From Candidatus Sysuiplasma jiujiangense (GTDB lineage Archaea; Thermoplasmatota; Thermoplasmata; Sysuiplasmatales; Sysuiplasmataceae), in NCBI GenBank assembly GCA_019721075.1, contig JAHEAD010000014.1:404-64403 (forward strand): DNA of 64,000 nt, in the 5' to 3' direction. The first letter of the stretch is position 1. Each line of letters begins with the position of its first letter. The translations under genes were made by a program, and so were the position numbers. The notes beneath the pieces are model-generated. The model saw only the letters and a program-made list of their open reading frames with translations. It did no database searches and was not told where the DNA came from. This document shows positions 28,181 to 37,679 of this stretch, in pieces.

Positions 28181-28591
28181 TCAGAATTCCGTATCCACCA
28201 TCGTAGCAGTATTGACCATTTCCTTTGCTGCCCTGCTGTACCGCATAACCTTCATCATTGGTCCCTCAAGCTTGAACTTCCCTGTCAGTATGCCCTGGAT
28301 GGGATCAATCTGCCTGTTGATCAGCTTTTTCCAGTTCTCGTACGGACCCCTGTACCTGAATTCTGAACCCGGCAATGAGGCCTCATCCTCGAAATATCCA
28401 TGCTTCCTGCACTCTCCATGATACAGATCAAGATAGATGTATGAATTTCTCGGAAAACTGCCGTCTTTTTCGACGACGAAAATTATGTCGCCTTCCCATG
28501 TCTTTCCGGCATCCCTGTAACTGGCATTTGAATTCAGTTTTTCTGCATATGCATCCACCCATTCCCTGCTCGGAAATTTAGGCATAAGCAT
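28181..28591 (-). CDS. SCP2 sterol-carrier-like domain protein
   Basis: C-terminal IDPIQGILTGKFKLEGPMMKVMRY is typical of the SCP2 fold. Confidence 0.7.
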   Translation of the reverse strand: MLMPKFPSREWVDAYAEKLNSNASYRDAGKTWEGDIIFVVEKDGSFPRNSYIYLDLYHGECRKHGYFEDEASLPGSEFRYRGPYENWKKLINRQIDPIQGILTGKFKLEGPMMKVMRYSRAAKEMVNTATMVDTEF

Positions 28592-28713
28592 GCAATAGGA
28601 TTTACGGTATAAACAGGTTATTCTGAATCACATAGGTCATGCCTGCCGTAGACCGTGCCTGCACCGGTTGCTTCCCGGAAAGAGATTTAAGCCGCCTCCA
28701 GCATTGATGTGGC

Positions 28714-29658
28714 ATGCAGATACTTGCAGTCCTGCCTTCTTTTTTGCCTGTGAATGACATACGGCGCAGCGTCTCTGCACTCCTTCCTGAAATCAGGATC
28801 GAAACGGACTTCGATGCAGTCGAAACTGAAGCATTGGAAACGGTTGAAGTTCTCGTTGTTACAGCCTTCACGCCTGTGGGAAAAGACGTAATCGGGAGAC
28901 TGAAATCTGTCAGATTCATACAGGTTGCAAGCACCGGTTACAACAACATCGATCTCCAGTCCTGCAGGCAGAGAGGTATCGCAGTCTCCAATATTCAGGG
29001 AGCAAATTCGAAGAGCGTTGCAGAACATGTGATAATGTGTGCACTCGTTCTGCTCAGGGATCTGAAAAGGCAGGACATGTTAATCCGGAACGGCGACTGG
29101 CCAGTTATTTCTGGCTCATTCGATCTGGCAGGCAAGATCTTCGGCATAGTAGGAATGGGAAGAATCGGAAGGGAGGTCTCTTCATGCCTTGTTCCCTTCG
29201 AGGTATCGACAGTCTATTACGACATCGTTCCGCTCGACGGACAGGAGGAGAGGAGGCTCGGAGCTGTACGTGTTGAGCTCGGGGAACTGCTGCAGAATGC
29301 CGACATAATAACACTTCACCTCCCTCTCAATGCCGGCACAAGGGGAATAATTTCTGCCGATTCTCTGAATCACATGAAGGACGGTGCCATCATAATCAAC
29401 ACGGCGAGAGCGGAACTCATAGATTACGATGCACTGATCAGGTACCTCAAGGCAGGAAAGATAAGGGCTGCCCTGGACGTATACCCACAGGAACCCCCGG
29501 ACTTCTCATCGGGACTGTTCAGGGAGGAGGAAACAGTTTTCACACCGCACAACGCAGGTGTGACGATGGAGGCGCAGCAGAGAATACTGGCAGAAACAAT
29601 ATCCAACGTGCTGAGATACATTCAGGGGAAGAAGCCGCTCTATGGAGTGGAGCAATGA
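28714..29658 (+). CDS. D-isomer-specific 2-hydroxyacid dehydrogenase (glyoxylate/hydroxypyruvate reductase or PGDH-like)
   Basis: NAD-binding motif GIVGMGRIGREV, plus INTARAELID and TPHNAG. Confidence 0.85.
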   Translation: MQILAVLPSFLPVNDIRRSVSALLPEIRIETDFDAVETEALETVEVLVVTAFTPVGKDVIGRLKSVRFIQVASTGYNNIDLQSCRQRGIAVSNIQGANSKSVAEHVIMCALVLLRDLKRQDMLIRNGDWPVISGSFDLAGKIFGIVGMGRIGREVSSCLVPFEVSTVYYDIVPLDGQEERRLGAVRVELGELLQNADIITLHLPLNAGTRGIISADSLNHMKDGAIIINTARAELIDYDALIRYLKAGKIRAALDVYPQEPPDFSSGLFREEETVFTPHNAGVTMEAQQRILAETISNVLRYIQGKKPLYGVEQ

Positions 29659-31211
29659 GAGCCTCAGAGGCAATATCTGAATTCCTGTCCAGAAACGGCA
29701 TCGGTGAGTCATTCGGAAATCCTGGAACTACCGAACTTTCATTCATCGAAACAATGAAACAGCGCTACATACTAACGCTGTATGATGCGATTGCTGTGGG
29801 AGCGGCGGACTGTCTTTCCCAGGTGGACAGATCACCTGCGCTTGTGAACCTCCATGCAGCCCCCGGACTTGGCCATTCCATAGGCTTCATAGACACTGCG
29901 CGAAGAAACAGAACACCGCTGATCGTGACGGCAGGGCAGCAGGATACAAGGCACATGGAATTCGAACCGCTGCTCTACGGCGACCTTGTATCCATGGTTT
30001 CCACCGTGACCAAATCGGCGATTGAGGTCGGGCGTGCGGATGAAGCTGTGCGCTCATTCCGTGATGCAATCATAACAGCACTGACACCGCCTTCGGGCCC
30101 AGTATTTGTCTCTCTGCCGATGAACATCATGGAGGAAGACTGTGTGGCAGCAGGGGACCTGATCAGTTATGAGATGAAGGCACCGGGAGATCCTGCAATA
30201 GTGGCAGATGAAATCAACAGGTCAGAGAAACCTGCAATTGTCGCCGGATACGAGGTAGATGTTTTTGACGCTTTTGGAGAGCTTGCCATGCTTGCTGAAA
30301 GGCTGGGCGCCCCCATTTACGCCGAACCCCTCTGTTCCAGGTCCCCCGTAAATTCGAACGGACAGTTTGCAGGGAATCTGCTGCCGGCTACCACAGCCAT
30401 AGATGTTGCGCTTTCTGAATATGACACCATAATCCTGGCCGGTGCGGATTTCATACTGTATCCTTATATGTCCTCCCCGCTCCTCGGCGACAAGAACATC
30501 ATCTATCTGGGTTCCGACCCTTCAGTCGCCGGCAGGATTCCGTCAACATATCTGATGGGCAGCATCAGAAGCATACTTTCGGAATTAATCCCGAAAATAG
30601 AGAGGAAGGAGGGCAGGTACGCCCCAAGGAAAGATTATTCAATGGCCAACAGAATTGCGAAGACATCATCTGTGATGGGAGGGGAGTTCGTAATCGACGC
30701 CGTAAGACGGACCTTTCCCGGCCATACACTGGTTGACGAATCCGTCTCCTATTCCCCGCTTGTAAGAGAAATGGGATTCTTCAGGGGAAAGGACAGTTAC
30801 TTTTCCTCGCGGAGCCAGCAGCTGGGATGGGGGATCGCTGCTTCTATTGGCGTGGGTATGCGGAGAAAAGATACCACACTAACCGTCGGCGACGGATCTC
30901 TCATGTATGCGCCGCAGTCATTATGGACGCTGAAAAAATACAGCATACCGGTAAAAATAATAGTCCTGAACAACCACGGCTACGGCATACTGCGCAGTTA
31001 TTCGAAGGCCTATCATGAGTCTCTTACCGGCATAGACTTTCTATCGCCGGACGGCATGGATTTTGAACTCCTTGCTGGGTGTTTCGGCGTAGAGGCCGAC
31101 AGCGTTTCGGGGCCAGAAGAACTGGACAAAAAACTTGCCTGGCTGAGGGACGAGGAAGGGCCATCCCTCCTTAACGTTGAGATGGACAGGGAAGTGCGGA
31201 ATATTTTCTGA
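29655..31211 (+). CDS. Thiamine-diphosphate-dependent enzyme (benzoylformate decarboxylase / acetolactate synthase-like)
   Basis: ThDP-binding motif GDGSLMYAPQSLWTLKKYSIPVKIIVLNNHGYG and N-terminal GNPGTTEL. The start overlaps the upstream stop. Confidence 0.85.
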   Translation: MRASEAISEFLSRNGIGESFGNPGTTELSFIETMKQRYILTLYDAIAVGAADCLSQVDRSPALVNLHAAPGLGHSIGFIDTARRNRTPLIVTAGQQDTRHMEFEPLLYGDLVSMVSTVTKSAIEVGRADEAVRSFRDAIITALTPPSGPVFVSLPMNIMEEDCVAAGDLISYEMKAPGDPAIVADEINRSEKPAIVAGYEVDVFDAFGELAMLAERLGAPIYAEPLCSRSPVNSNGQFAGNLLPATTAIDVALSEYDTIILAGADFILYPYMSSPLLGDKNIIYLGSDPSVAGRIPSTYLMGSIRSILSELIPKIERKEGRYAPRKDYSMANRIAKTSSVMGGEFVIDAVRRTFPGHTLVDESVSYSPLVREMGFFRGKDSYFSSRSQQLGWGIAASIGVGMRRKDTTLTVGDGSLMYAPQSLWTLKKYSIPVKIIVLNNHGYGILRSYSKAYHESLTGIDFLSPDGMDFELLAGCFGVEADSVSGPEELDKKLAWLRDEEGPSLLNVEMDREVRNIF

Positions 31212-31324
31212 ACTGCAGACCGGGTTGTTTTGTGTGACCCAATGAAGTGGGTGTTGACAGCGAAATGGCCTGAACTCCGGATCCAGGACATCACCTGACT
31301 CAATGGAATGTATGGCTTAAAAAA

Positions 31325-31717
31325 TTACATTGAATTGATGATGCCGTCAATTTCCGCAATTACTCCCTTTTCCACATGATCTGTCCAGAGCATTTCGGAA
31401 ATGTCAAGGGGGAGGAATATGCTCGACAGAAAGAGCGTTTCAACAGCCATCACGCCGAGATTTCGCACCCACTTTCCCACACCGACGTTCATTGATGTTC
31501 CTGCAGGAACCTGTTCGAATGTGAAGGTCAGTGCCCTGTCCGCCGCGATCATATCCCTGAGGATGCCGGCCTTCTGAGCCTGTATTACTCCCCTGTTGCC
31601 TTCTACCCGTTGCTGGACTTTCCATTTTTCCTGCTGAAGATGGCTGGCAACAGTCTGTGTAAGCGCATTGACATCCATCTGCTTTCCGTATGTTTTCTGC
31701 TTTTTAAAAATGGGCAT
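31325..31717 (-). CDS. Hypothetical protein (130 aa)
   Basis: Clean ORF in an otherwise empty interval; I recognise no motif. Confidence 0.4.
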   Translation of the reverse strand: MPIFKKQKTYGKQMDVNALTQTVASHLQQEKWKVQQRVEGNRGVIQAQKAGILRDMIAADRALTFTFEQVPAGTSMNVGVGKWVRNLGVMAVETLFLSSIFLPLDISEMLWTDHVEKGVIAEIDGIINSM

Positions 31718-31897
31718 CGTTTCTTCCTCCAGATATTCAAGGACGACTACCTTGCCAAGTTATTAAAAGATTGGCATTTTGCAAGCCCTGGCGAAAAACC
31801 CGCTTTCCGCAAATGCGGTCCACAGCGCTTCAGCAAGTTTTCAGTCAATGCAAATCAGTACGGAGGTATTTCGCCAAGTGACGCGACGACTTACACA

Positions 31898-32347
31898 TCA
31901 CCCTTCAGTGATCTTTATCGCGCTCGTCGGGCAGACAGGCACGCACGCCATGCAGTAGACGCATTCCTTCTCTCTCACGGGATCACATTTGTCGGTCCTG
32001 TATTTTGCATAGTTTTCCTTGTCATCCGAAATCTTCTTGTCGTTATTGACGCCCATCTGTCCCTGATTAAGGAACCATTCGTAGAGGGTTACCGGGCAGA
32101 CATCCATGCATTCTCCGTCCGCTATGCAGGCTTCCCAGTCGACTGCTACATTGGTTCCGTGTATACCGAGCTTGGTCGGATAGGGCTTTCCTTCTGAATC
32201 GGTACGCTGCATTCCTTCCGCACGAACCTCATGATCGGTTCCCGCATAGGTCTTGTGCGTACCCGTGACTGGATAGTGCTCCTGGTCGTTCAGGAAGTTT
32301 TCATCTATTGGCTTAGGTTTGTAATCCAGGCTTTCGAGTTCTACCAT
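31898..32347 (-). CDS. Dicluster ferredoxin with N-terminal extension (zinc-containing Sulfolobus/Thermoplasma type)
   Basis: Cluster motifs CIADGECMDVCP and CVYCMACVPVCP. The His-containing N-terminal extension of about 50 aa is characteristic of the archaeal zinc ferredoxins. Confidence 0.8.
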   Translation of the reverse strand: MVELESLDYKPKPIDENFLNDQEHYPVTGTHKTYAGTDHEVRAEGMQRTDSEGKPYPTKLGIHGTNVAVDWEACIADGECMDVCPVTLYEWFLNQGQMGVNNDKKISDDKENYAKYRTDKCDPVREKECVYCMACVPVCPTSAIKITEG

Positions 32348-32508
32348 TCAGATAACCTCTATTTGCGCGTTTAGTAAAAAGCAATGACATATTAATATTG
32401 CGCTTAAGCGAATATGCGGCAGACAGAGTGTTGGCCTGAAATACTGCACGGAAAATGACTAAGTTGAATTAGCTGCACAGTCCGCCTGCATCTGAAATAT
32501 GAAGTGCG

Positions 32509-33963
32509 TCAATATTGTTCAAAGGCATCGCCACGCGGATCAAATCCGCTTGAAACTGAATCGCCGGCGAATATTCCCTGAGCATGACCCATAAGACCGC
32601 TGCCATACTCAACACTTTCCGACTGTGGAAGTTTGAGGCCCCTCTCCGAGATCAGCCTTGCGCCTCCGTAAATGGAAGCCGGATAGCAGAACCGGGGGGC
32701 CGAGATAGCCTCCTGGATATCCTCATCGAAATCGATCACCCTTGATAGAATCTGCATGTTTGTCTGAGGCTGAATATCTCCGCCCATTGAACTAAGGTAG
32801 ATTCTGCCCGGACCCCTGCACACCGTAGCCATCAGCGTATGGAATGTCTTCCTCCGCGGAGCCACACAATTATGATGCCCTTTGTCAAGACTGAAATAGG
32901 AGCCGCGGTTGCTCAGATTTATTCCGGTGCCATGAACATTAAAACCCGAGCCGAACCCCATGTAATTGCTCTGTATTGCACTGATGCCGGCGCTTCCGTC
33001 ATAAACGGAGAATGCAGTGGTGTCTGAAAGTGAGTCTGGCCCAGCAGACAGGTTTTCAAGAGGCGCATAGTCGAAATCCGGCATGAGCACCCTTGACGGG
33101 AGTTTGACATGCGAAGGGTCGCCGATGAATCTTGCCCTGTAATCGTACGCCTTCTTCATCGTCTCCATCATTGCGGAATAATAGCCCTCTGTTCCGGGAG
33201 GATCCAGTTTGATCCGATTAAGCATATTCATCCAGAAGATCAGCGTCGCACCCTGACTATTGGGAGGTGTGGTGTAAACGGAATAACCACGGTATCGCGT
33301 GCTCAACGGCTCCTTCCACTCAGCTCCGTATTCATCAAGATCCGCGAACCTCATCAGGCCCCCTTTTGCAATCATGTCCTCCTCTATCCTTTTTGCGATC
33401 TCGCCGTGATAAAAGGAATGCCCGGAATCCTTTGATATCGATTCCAGGGTGTCTGCAAGTTCAACCTGTCTCAGAATGGAATTTTCGCGGATACCATGAT
33501 ATATCCGCATCCAGTCATCGTCATTATAGGGTGCTCTCGACACGGAACTCGAAAGACTCTTCTGGACCCTGAAGCCATCTCTCGCGTACTGAACCGCCCT
33601 CCTGAAAAGGATCGGTAGCCTCATCGACGCATGTCGCTCCAGGAGAGCCCAGGCAGAAACCATTCCCGGCACCACAAAAGCTGCGTGCGGTCCGAATTTC
33701 GGTATTTCGCCATAGCCCTTTTCTCTAAAGAACTCGGATGAGGCGAGGTCCGCTGCATATCCACTGCCGTTTACAGTCATCACGCCGGAATCGTCAGTTA
33801 CCGCAAAAAAATCGCCGCCGAGGCCGTTCAAGTGAGGCTGGACAACGGTAAGTGCCGCGCTTACAGCCAGAACGGCATCAAACGCATTACCTCCTTCCTC
33901 AAGGACTTCGATGCCTGCCCTTGTTGCCAGAGGGTGGCAGGATGCCACGGAATATTCGTTCAT
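32509..33963 (-). CDS. ggt: Gamma-glutamyltransferase
   Basis: Motifs GGNAFDA, GLGGDFF, the putative autoprocessing Thr in SDTTAFSV, and PRGDA near the C-terminus. Confidence 0.85.
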   Translation of the reverse strand: MNEYSVASCHPLATRAGIEVLEEGGNAFDAVLAVSAALTVVQPHLNGLGGDFFAVTDDSGVMTVNGSGYAADLASSEFFREKGYGEIPKFGPHAAFVVPGMVSAWALLERHASMRLPILFRRAVQYARDGFRVQKSLSSSVSRAPYNDDDWMRIYHGIRENSILRQVELADTLESISKDSGHSFYHGEIAKRIEEDMIAKGGLMRFADLDEYGAEWKEPLSTRYRGYSVYTTPPNSQGATLIFWMNMLNRIKLDPPGTEGYYSAMMETMKKAYDYRARFIGDPSHVKLPSRVLMPDFDYAPLENLSAGPDSLSDTTAFSVYDGSAGISAIQSNYMGFGSGFNVHGTGINLSNRGSYFSLDKGHHNCVAPRRKTFHTLMATVCRGPGRIYLSSMGGDIQPQTNMQILSRVIDFDEDIQEAISAPRFCYPASIYGGARLISERGLKLPQSESVEYGSGLMGHAQGIFAGDSVSSGFDPRGDAFEQY

Positions 33964-34085
33964 ATCAGACGCCGCATGATTGTTTTCTGCGTAAATAACG
34001 TTTACCTCATGACTTAAAAGTAATACGTTTATGCAGTATTAACAAGCTTAACAACCTCTAAATATGCAATTTATGGTGACGGGCT

Positions 34086-36503
34086 ATGAATGTTTCGCGA
34101 TACAACATTGAGCTCGATATAGATTTCAGCAAGCAAAACTACACCGGATCTGTTGAGATCCATGCAGAGGAAGTTGCAGGAAACATAGCCCTGGACTCCG
34201 AAGGGCTCGAAATATATGAAGTTGCTACGGCGGGAAAAAAGCTGGGATGGAAGCTGGTAGCGTCGAGTCGTAAACTGCTGATCTATTGCGGAAAGCACAA
34301 GAAATTCAGATTTAGCGTCAGGTTCGCCGGAAAGGCGAAAGAAGGATCTCTTCAGGGCTTTTACCGTTCAAGATATAAAGGGGGATATATACTTACGACA
34401 CAATTCGAACCGACAGGTGCGAGATCATTCATCCCGTGCTTTGACAATCCCACCTTCAAATCCGTATTCAGGCTGAAGGTTAAGGTGGATCGCGGGCTTT
34501 CGGTCATTTCAAACATGGCGGTAATCGGAAGGCATGCCAGGGGGAAGAAGACCGAATATCTCTTTTCAGATACCCCCAGAATGTCGACCTACCTGCTTTA
34601 CCTGGGCATCGGCAAATTCGAAGAACAAAGACACAAATCAGATGGAAAAGAAGTGATCGTCGCTTCCGTTCCAGGGCAGAAGGGCAAAGGGAAATTCGCA
34701 ATCGACACGGCTGTCAAATGCCTCCGCGAATATGAAGATTACTACGGCATCGCATACCCTCTGGATAAACTTCACCTGATAGGCATACCCGAATACTCGG
34801 TTGGAGCGATGGAAAACTGGGGAAGCATCACGTTCAGAGAGAATCTGCTGTATGTCGACAGATCGACAAGCGAATCCAACAAGAGACAGGCTGCATCCGT
34901 GATAGCCCACGAGATAGCGCACCAGTGGTTCGGGAACCTGGTTACAATGAAGTGGTGGAATGATCTCTGGCTGAATGAGAGTTTCGCAACCTACATGAGC
35001 TATAAGATTACGGACAAACTGTATCCTGAATGGAATGTCTGGTCCGATTTCCTTCTTTTCGACACAGGCCCTTCTATGCAGGGCGACTCGCTGAGGAGCA
35101 CCCATCCGATAGATGTTAAAGTCAGGGAACCTGAAGAGATCAGCCAGATTTTTGACGAAATAAGTTACGGAAAGGGCGGCAGTGTGCTGAGGATGATAGA
35201 CATGTACGTTGGAGACAGAACGTTCAGGAAGGGTGTTAACAAGTACCTGAGAAAATTCCGGTATTCCAACGCATCCAGCCATGATTTCTGGAATGCGCTG
35301 AGGGATGCATCCGGAATGAGAATTGATACAATAATGAAAGCATGGATTACCAAGCCCGGCTATCCGGTAATCAGCGTGAAATCCGATAAGAAGGGTGTCA
35401 CGCTCGAACAAAGGAGGTTCACATTTAAGGAAAGTGCAAGCAAAGACAGATGGCCCATTCCAATTACCTACAAATCTACAGGTGGTGAAGGGAGAATTCT
35501 GTTTGACAGGAAGAGCATCCATATTGCCGTCGGCGATCCATCGGACTTTCTTATCAATGAGTCCAGATCCGGATACTTCAGGGTGGAATACGATGATGAC
35601 ATCTATTCTTCGATTTACAAGAAAGTTCGGAAGATGAATCCGCATGCCCGATGGGGAATCATTTCTGATCTTTTTGCTTTCCTTGCTGCAGGCAGAATAA
35701 GCGAAAAACTCTATTTCAGCTTTGCAGACCTGCTTTCGGAGGATGACAACTACCTTGTTGTAAATGAGATTAACTCTCAGCTCAAGACACTCTGCACTCT
35801 TCTGCCCGGCCCCAATCCAGTCAGCGCAAGATACAATAAATTCTGTCACCTGCATCTGGAAAGGATTGGTATTGAGGGAAGAGGAAATGAGGACAGGAGT
35901 CTGACGGTGCTCAGGGAAAATCTGTGTGACGGACTGGTAATGACTGACGACAAATTTGCAGCCGATCTCTCTCAGCGATTCAGTGGCTGGAATAATCTGA
36001 AACCGGAACTGAAGCAGGCGGTTGCTGTAGCCTACGCCAGAACTTACGGTGCCTCAGGTTTGAATAAACTGATTCGTGCGCTGAAGGATTCAAAAACAGA
36101 TCAGGATGCCACAAAGATCACCATATCCCTTGCTTCATTCAGGGACGAATCTGCCGTAATGAAGGCACTTGAACTGTCGTTCACTGGCGATCTCAATATC
36201 GGGCACGTTCCATATGTCATAATCAGCTGCAGCCGAAATCCGGACGCAAGGAGGGTACTCTGGAAATGGTTCAGGTCCAATGATGGAAAACTGATACAGG
36301 CTTATTCCGGGACCGGCCTCATCGCTCCGATGATTGAATACATCATAAGCGGCTGCGGCATAGTCGATCCGGAAGACGTGAGGCAGTACTTTGCACAAAA
36401 GAGCATAGCCGAGGCAACCAGAGCTGCGAGAAAGGGACTGGAGCAACTTGACATTAACCTGAGCCTGATAAAGAAGCTTGATGATATAGGGAATGCTGCA
36501 TAA
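34086..36503 (+). CDS. M1-family zinc aminopeptidase (tricorn-interacting factor F2/F3-like)
   Basis: Motifs GAMENWG and HEIAHQWFGNLVTMKWWNDLWLNESFA. The length of 805 aa and domain order resemble Thermoplasma F2/F3. Confidence 0.9.
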   Translation: MNVSRYNIELDIDFSKQNYTGSVEIHAEEVAGNIALDSEGLEIYEVATAGKKLGWKLVASSRKLLIYCGKHKKFRFSVRFAGKAKEGSLQGFYRSRYKGGYILTTQFEPTGARSFIPCFDNPTFKSVFRLKVKVDRGLSVISNMAVIGRHARGKKTEYLFSDTPRMSTYLLYLGIGKFEEQRHKSDGKEVIVASVPGQKGKGKFAIDTAVKCLREYEDYYGIAYPLDKLHLIGIPEYSVGAMENWGSITFRENLLYVDRSTSESNKRQAASVIAHEIAHQWFGNLVTMKWWNDLWLNESFATYMSYKITDKLYPEWNVWSDFLLFDTGPSMQGDSLRSTHPIDVKVREPEEISQIFDEISYGKGGSVLRMIDMYVGDRTFRKGVNKYLRKFRYSNASSHDFWNALRDASGMRIDTIMKAWITKPGYPVISVKSDKKGVTLEQRRFTFKESASKDRWPIPITYKSTGGEGRILFDRKSIHIAVGDPSDFLINESRSGYFRVEYDDDIYSSIYKKVRKMNPHARWGIISDLFAFLAAGRISEKLYFSFADLLSEDDNYLVVNEINSQLKTLCTLLPGPNPVSARYNKFCHLHLERIGIEGRGNEDRSLTVLRENLCDGLVMTDDKFAADLSQRFSGWNNLKPELKQAVAVAYARTYGASGLNKLIRALKDSKTDQDATKITISLASFRDESAVMKALELSFTGDLNIGHVPYVIISCSRNPDARRVLWKWFRSNDGKLIQAYSGTGLIAPMIEYIISGCGIVDPEDVRQYFAQKSIAEATRAARKGLEQLDINLSLIKKLDDIGNAA

Positions 36504-36554
36504 TAGATGTTGTACTGGCCGCCGCAACCGGGCGGCGCATCAGGAGGATGAGAT

Positions 36555-37007
36555 ATGCTGAAAATCGGGGAAACTGCTCCAGACTTCAAACTGGCTGATG
36601 AAGAAGGTAAATTGTTCGCACTTTATGAAGAATTGCGAAAGGGACCGATCGTCCTTTATTTCTATCCCAGGGATTTCACTGCAGGCTGCACGGCCGAAGC
36701 CTGCGGATTCAGAGACAGCTACGATTCATTCGCATCCATGGGCTATCAAGTAGTTGGCGTCAGCTCAGACAATGGGGAGAGACACAGGAGGTTCAAAGGT
36801 TCAAACAAACTGCCGTTCAGGCTGCTCACAGACGCCGACAGATCTGTTGCCCGGAGTTTCGGAATAGGGAAAACATTCGGCATCATTCCGGGGAGGGTTA
36901 CATTTGTCATTTCGGGCGAAGGTAAAATTCAGCATGTGTTTGAATCACTTACAGACATCAGAGGGCACGTCGCCAGCGCGCTGGAAGCGGTAAACGGAAG
37001 CAGATGA
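36555..37007 (+). CDS. bcp: Peroxiredoxin, Bcp type
   Basis: Motifs YFYPRDFTAGCTAEAC and GVSSD. AGGAGG lies 8 nt upstream of the ATG. Confidence 0.85.
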   Translation: MLKIGETAPDFKLADEEGKLFALYEELRKGPIVLYFYPRDFTAGCTAEACGFRDSYDSFASMGYQVVGVSSDNGERHRRFKGSNKLPFRLLTDADRSVARSFGIGKTFGIIPGRVTFVISGEGKIQHVFESLTDIRGHVASALEAVNGSR

Positions 37008-37268
37008 TGTCCATTGTCTCTGAGAAGACATGCGCGTGCATCTCCTGTTTTTGTCATCCAGCTGAGTCCACACAATGTGCCTTTACGCTGAGCGGAGCAG
37101 TGTGCAACGGGGACATGCATCAGGGAAATTGTGTGCGAAATGCCGGACTCAATCAGTTGCGGAAGGCAGAATACTCTATTGCAGGCAACTGCAGGCAACT
37201 TGTCTGACAGAGGTCGAAATGTCCCAGGAATCTGAGGCGGTGAAATTCTGCGGGAGGGGTGGCATTCA

Positions 37269-37484
37269 TTACGAGGTTGACGGCACGGCGGCTGCGCTCT
37301 GCTGATGCATTGCGGGAACAGTATAGATAATTACATGCCTGCATTTAATGCAGGTTATTACACACTTATCCAGGTCAATCTGGTTCTGCGAATATGCGTT
37401 TCTCAGTTCCTTTCTTATCCTTTCCGGATAAAGACAGTCACACTGACACTTTTCGTCGCTGCAGAATTTGCACATTTTCCTCAC
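37269..37484 (-). CDS. Possible small Cys-rich protein (71 aa)
   Basis: Begins MCKFCSDEKCQCDC and later has CIKC. It is the only sizeable ORF in a 670-bp gap, and coding status is uncertain. Confidence 0.25.
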   Translation of the reverse strand: MRKMCKFCSDEKCQCDCLYPERIRKELRNAYSQNQIDLDKCVITCIKCRHVIIYTVPAMHQQSAAAVPSTS

Positions 37485-37679
37485 TTCCGCTTTTTTCCTT
37501 TCAAAGGACTATTTGAAAATAACCAACTTCATTAAATAAACCTATGCAACTCTTCAGACACCAACGCAAGGCTGCAGCCGTCCTTCGAGAATTCTTGCGG
37601 AACCGCCGGGGGGGGGAGAAAGAAGTCCATTCACTATGGCAGTCCACACCCCGTTCGGTTGCGCTTCGGATCTGGTGTT

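Noticed and set aside
34638-35855. 405-aa ORF antisense to the M1 aminopeptidase gene
   Set aside because: It lies entirely inside a confidently assigned plus-strand gene (GAMEN and HExxH-E motifs). It has no recognisable motifs and a Cys/Arg/His-skewed composition typical of shadow ORFs.
37181-37200. Tandem duplication GCAGGCAACT x2
   Set aside because: Only two copies of a 10-mer are present, too short to call a repeat locus, and I see no functional context.
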